From: Naegleria gruberi
Lineage: Eukaryota
Strand: one strand, 5' to 3'
Length of the DNA: 64,000 bases
NCBI GenBank assembly: GCA_000004985.1
Contig: GG738868.1
Part shown: positions 59,218 to 64,000 of the stretch, piece by piece
How the letters are laid out: the number at the start of each line of letters is the position of its first letter
Position numbering within the stretch: the stretch's first letter is position 1
Made by a program: the position numbers and the translations under genes
Notes under the pieces: model-generated
What the model was told of the DNA's origin: nothing
The model's input: only the letters and a program-made list of their open reading frames with translations
The model's database searches: none

Positions 59218-59649
59218 GCTGATGTATTTGTGGTGGTTGATGAAAAATTATTTTTTTGCTACAAATCTCTTGTGCAGAAGAGCTTTAAAATAACCATAAC
59301 ACCAACAAGGTTTGAAAATTCCGAGGGAAGGAATTCCTCTTCTTATGACTCCAATAACATGCGTCTTATTAATAAATATTTATCAATACAAGTGCTGAAA
59401 GCCATTGTTCTTTTAAGCTAGCTTCCTATCATACAAATTCAAATACAATTTGATTCAATTTGTGTGTTGTATTTTAATTTTCAAATCTCGTTGGCGCGAT
59501 GATAGCATATTGAAGTAAAATTATTCTATTAAAAAAATTTGTTGAAAGACTTCCCTACAACATCACATCTTTTGTGCAATAACAACAACAACAACAGCAA
59601 ATACAACAAGAGATTGTATAAAGAAAAATTGTAGAGAAAAACAATATAA

Positions 59650-61095
<1,446 letters not shown>

Positions 61096-61160
61096 AACTT
61101 GTACAATTTAATTACTATTTATAAATTATTGTTAATATTATTAATACAATTTGTTGTTAT

Positions 61161-61590
61161 TTAAACATAGAAAACTCTAACTCTATTAGAAGCAATGAGC
61201 TTATCACCATCATAAAAGGCAGTATCAATAGTAAGGTTACCAGATAAAATTTCAGGTCCAATTGTTCCTTCCTTTGCAGCTTCAATTACTGATTCCCAAG
61301 AGTTTACACTGTTTGGAATGACAAAACCAAAGTCAAAATCCCATCTTTCAATATCCTTTCCGTGCAATTTGACTTGTTGTACAAGGGAGAGATTTTTCAA
61401 AGCTTGACCACATGAAAATACAATTTCTCTTTGGACTTGTTTACATTTGAGAATTTCCTTAGGGATTTCTAAGATCGGAATGTTGGAGGATGATTAATTG
61501 ATACTACTTACTGATTGGAATTTCACCCTTTTGTTCCGAGTTGCTCCAATTAGACTCCCAAAGAACGTTGCTCTTTGAGGCCATCTTCAT
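61161..61590 (-). CDS. PDE6D/GMP-PDE-delta prenyl-binding protein, a ciliary lipidated-cargo chaperone. Two exons: ~61512..61590 and 61161..~61468.
   Basis: ATG at 61590. The spliced protein reads '...EIPIK|IPKEILKCKQVQREIVFS...WDFDFGFVIPNSVNSWESVIEAA...LIASNRVRVFYV', close to PDE6D throughout. The intron is 43 nt ('gtaagtag..gatcttag'). Confidence 0.85.
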
Positions 61591-61933
61591 CTTTTCACTA
61601 TGTTTTAATTATTCCATACAATCATCATTATCCGCAAATCATAGGTGCCATTATCAAATCATAGTCATCAATTATTAAATACAATCATATGTATCTCCAA
61701 CCTCAAACACAAAAATACAACCTACATTTTAAGGATTTGAGACATTTTTTTCGTAGTTCATAAGAATGATAATTTTGTAGATGACCAATGTTCATGTCAT
61801 TCATTCTCGCGCCAAAATGTAAATTAATATCTTAAAACTTCAATATTATGAGTGGTGGTGGTATCCTTTCAATATTCTTCAATTATTGATTAATACAATA
61901 AATATAATACAATTTAATAAATATTCAAATAAA

Positions 61934-64000
61934 TTAATGATTGGATGCATAGAGTTCTTCAATAATAGTCTTGTACTTGTTGACAATATTCGATCGTTTG
62001 AGTTTCATGGCAGCAGTAAGCATTTCATTTTCTGGTGTCCATTCATCTGTCAAGACTCTAAAGTTCTTTAATTCTTCCATTCTGTTGAGGTGATTCTTCT
62101 TGGCTTCTTCTCTGAGGGAGTTGGCAACAGCCTTTTGATACTTTGGATCTTTGATAATTTGATTCAAATCACCAGTGACACCATTATCTTGAGCCCAATG
62201 TTTGGTATGTCCAGGTTGAGCAAGAATGAGAGCAACAGCATAATCTCTTTCAGAGTCACCATAAACCATAATACCATTTGGTGAAACGAAAGGTGAATTT
62301 CCATAAACACTTTCCAATCTTTCCAAGGCAATATATTCACCAGTGGCAAGTTTGGTCAAATTCTTCTTTCTGTCAATAATGCTATAGGTACCATCCTTGT
62401 GCAAAACACCAATATCTCCTGTATAGAAATATCCATCACTGGCATAGGATTCCTTGGTCAATTTTTCTTGCTTGAAATAACCCATAGTGACATTGTTACC
62501 CTTAATAGCAATTTCACCACGTGGTTCATCACCAGTGGCAATATAACCCATATCTGGAACAGAAACTAACTTAATTTGAGCAGTGTTAACAGGTGGACCA
62601 ATATTTTTGGTAGCAAATGGTTGATAACCATATTGAATGCACTATTTAAAATAAAAATAAGAAAATTATTATTTCAATGTTATGATCATGAAAATTCTTC
62701 AAATTATTACTTACACCTCCAGCACTTGTTTCAGTAAGTCCATATCCTTGAATAACAGAACATGACATACAGACACGTAAAAATTCTTGAGTTTCCTTAG
62801 AAAGAGCAGCACCACCGCAAAGAATCAAAGCCAAGTTACCACCAACAAGCTTCTTGAACTTGTTGAAAACAAGGAAGTTCCATATTGGAGCTTCTCTTCC
62901 ACTTTTGAGAGATTGCAACTTGTAATTGTAAGCACTGTGGAACATCCATTGAACGAATGGTGATGATGATTTAATCTTTTCAAAAGCACCCTTCTTAATA
63001 GTATCAAAAACACGTGGAACACCAACCAAAACTGTAGGAGCAATAGCTTCAATATCACCTTTTGGTCTGGCAGTTCTCTCAGACAAATAACGGGCATTAC
63101 CAAATCCAATTCGTCCACTTTAGAATATTTTTTTTAAAATTTAAACAATTTTAAATACTTACCCACGCTTCAAAATAACGTGTTCAGCAGCCATTTCAAG
63201 AATGTGAGCTAATGGCAAGTAGCCAATATATTGATACTTAATCTTTGGATCGTCACCAACTCTTTGGTCAGCAGCAGTGACAATGGAAAGAATATTCTTA
63301 TGTGAAATGAGGACACCCTTTGGGGCATTGGTAGTTCCTGATGTATACATAATCAAAGCAAGGGATTCAAGAGTTGGTTCTTCCTTGACAGGAGTAATGT
63401 TATTAGCCTTCTTTTCACTCTCACCAAGTTGTTCAACTTCTTCATATGAGAGAACCTTAATACCTTTCTTGGAGAGCTCAGAGATGACTTCACTTGTGGC
63501 CTTCTTTTCATTTTCATCGGAAATGATGGAATGAGTATAGACAATATATTTGAGTGTTGGGCAATTTGGTGAGATGGATTTGTTAATCTTTCCCAAACTC
63601 TTTTCATTGACTAGCAAGGCAGTCAATTCAGTTTCATTGATAGCACAACATAAAGCATCGTCACCCAAGGAAGCATAACAAGTCATTACAACCATGTTAT
63701 ATTGGAAACAGGCATGAAGTGCCATAAGCCATTCTTTACGAGTTTCCTCAAAGATTCCGAAAATATCCTTTGAGTTTAATCCAGTAAATTTAGTCAATCC
63801 ATATGCAAAATTCATAATTCTGCTATAAACTTGATCATAATTTTCATAGACAACATCTTCAAATTCAATAATTTCCCAATCACGTCCATCTCTCTTTTCC
63901 ACAAACTTTTTAATGGCCTTTCTAACACCAAGACAATCCTTGGTTGAGTTGGCTTTAACAGTGTAAGCCAACAGTTCCTTCATTGTATTAACACCTTCGA
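61934..64000 (-). CDS. Long-chain acyl-CoA synthetase (ACSL), 3' portion. The 5' end runs past the window edge. Exons: ~63164..64000+, ~62712..~63118 and 61934..~62641.
   Basis: The AMP-binding motif is 'IMYTSGTTNAPKGVLISH'. Further matches are 'GYGLTETSAGG|CIQYGYQ' and 'YFYTGDIGVLHKDGTYSIIDRKKNLTKLATGEYIALERLE'. The introns run 'gtaagtat..ttctaaag' and 'gtaagtaat..ttaaatag'. Confidence 0.85.

Overview
The window is AT-rich (~two-thirds A+T) eukaryotic nuclear DNA, not prokaryotic. It is gene-dense: about 30 protein-coding genes on both strands, with mostly short intergenic spacers.

I resolved many short GT-AG introns by eye, most 43-67 nt and one of 136 nt. The gene at 23322..25129 contains a 29-nt microexon. 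Coding poly-Gln, poly-Asn and poly-His tracts are frequent.

The gene content mixes housekeeping and cilium-associated functions. RuvB-like 2, NTF2, alpha-SNAP, an importin-alpha-like protein, PDE6D, EF-hand proteins and a long-chain acyl-CoA synthetase are all present. Together with codon usage and intron size this fits a free-living flagellate-capable protist. A heterolobosean of the Naegleria type is a plausible guess, but I cannot establish the organism from sequence alone.

The most unusual region is a receptor island at 2104..13778, with three minus-strand receptor genes:
- a 2112-aa giant with NHL repeats, a GAIN/GPS motif, seven TM helices and a C-terminal RGS domain;
- two tandem paralogous genes, each with a Cys-rich ectodomain followed by seven TM helices, that match no family I recognise.

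Other notable genes:
- a bacterial-type Leu/Phe/Val dehydrogenase (LeuDH-like) with a mitochondrial-type presequence;
- a calpain that appears N-myristoylated and has an N-terminal coiled-coil;
- a ubiquitin-specific protease (USP) with poly-His tracts;
- an M60-like (TCAF/enhancin-type) metalloprotease gene that carries a frame discontinuity;
- a subtilase with TM helices at both ends;
- a long low-complexity protein with a C-terminal PPPDE/DeSI-like domain.

I found no rRNA, tRNA, CRISPR array or recognisable transposon.

Caveats:
- The supplied ORF track allows TTG and GTG as starts and shows them as M, so several listed ORF starts are not real ATGs.
- Exon and intron boundaries I give are hand-derived and may be off by 1-2 nt.
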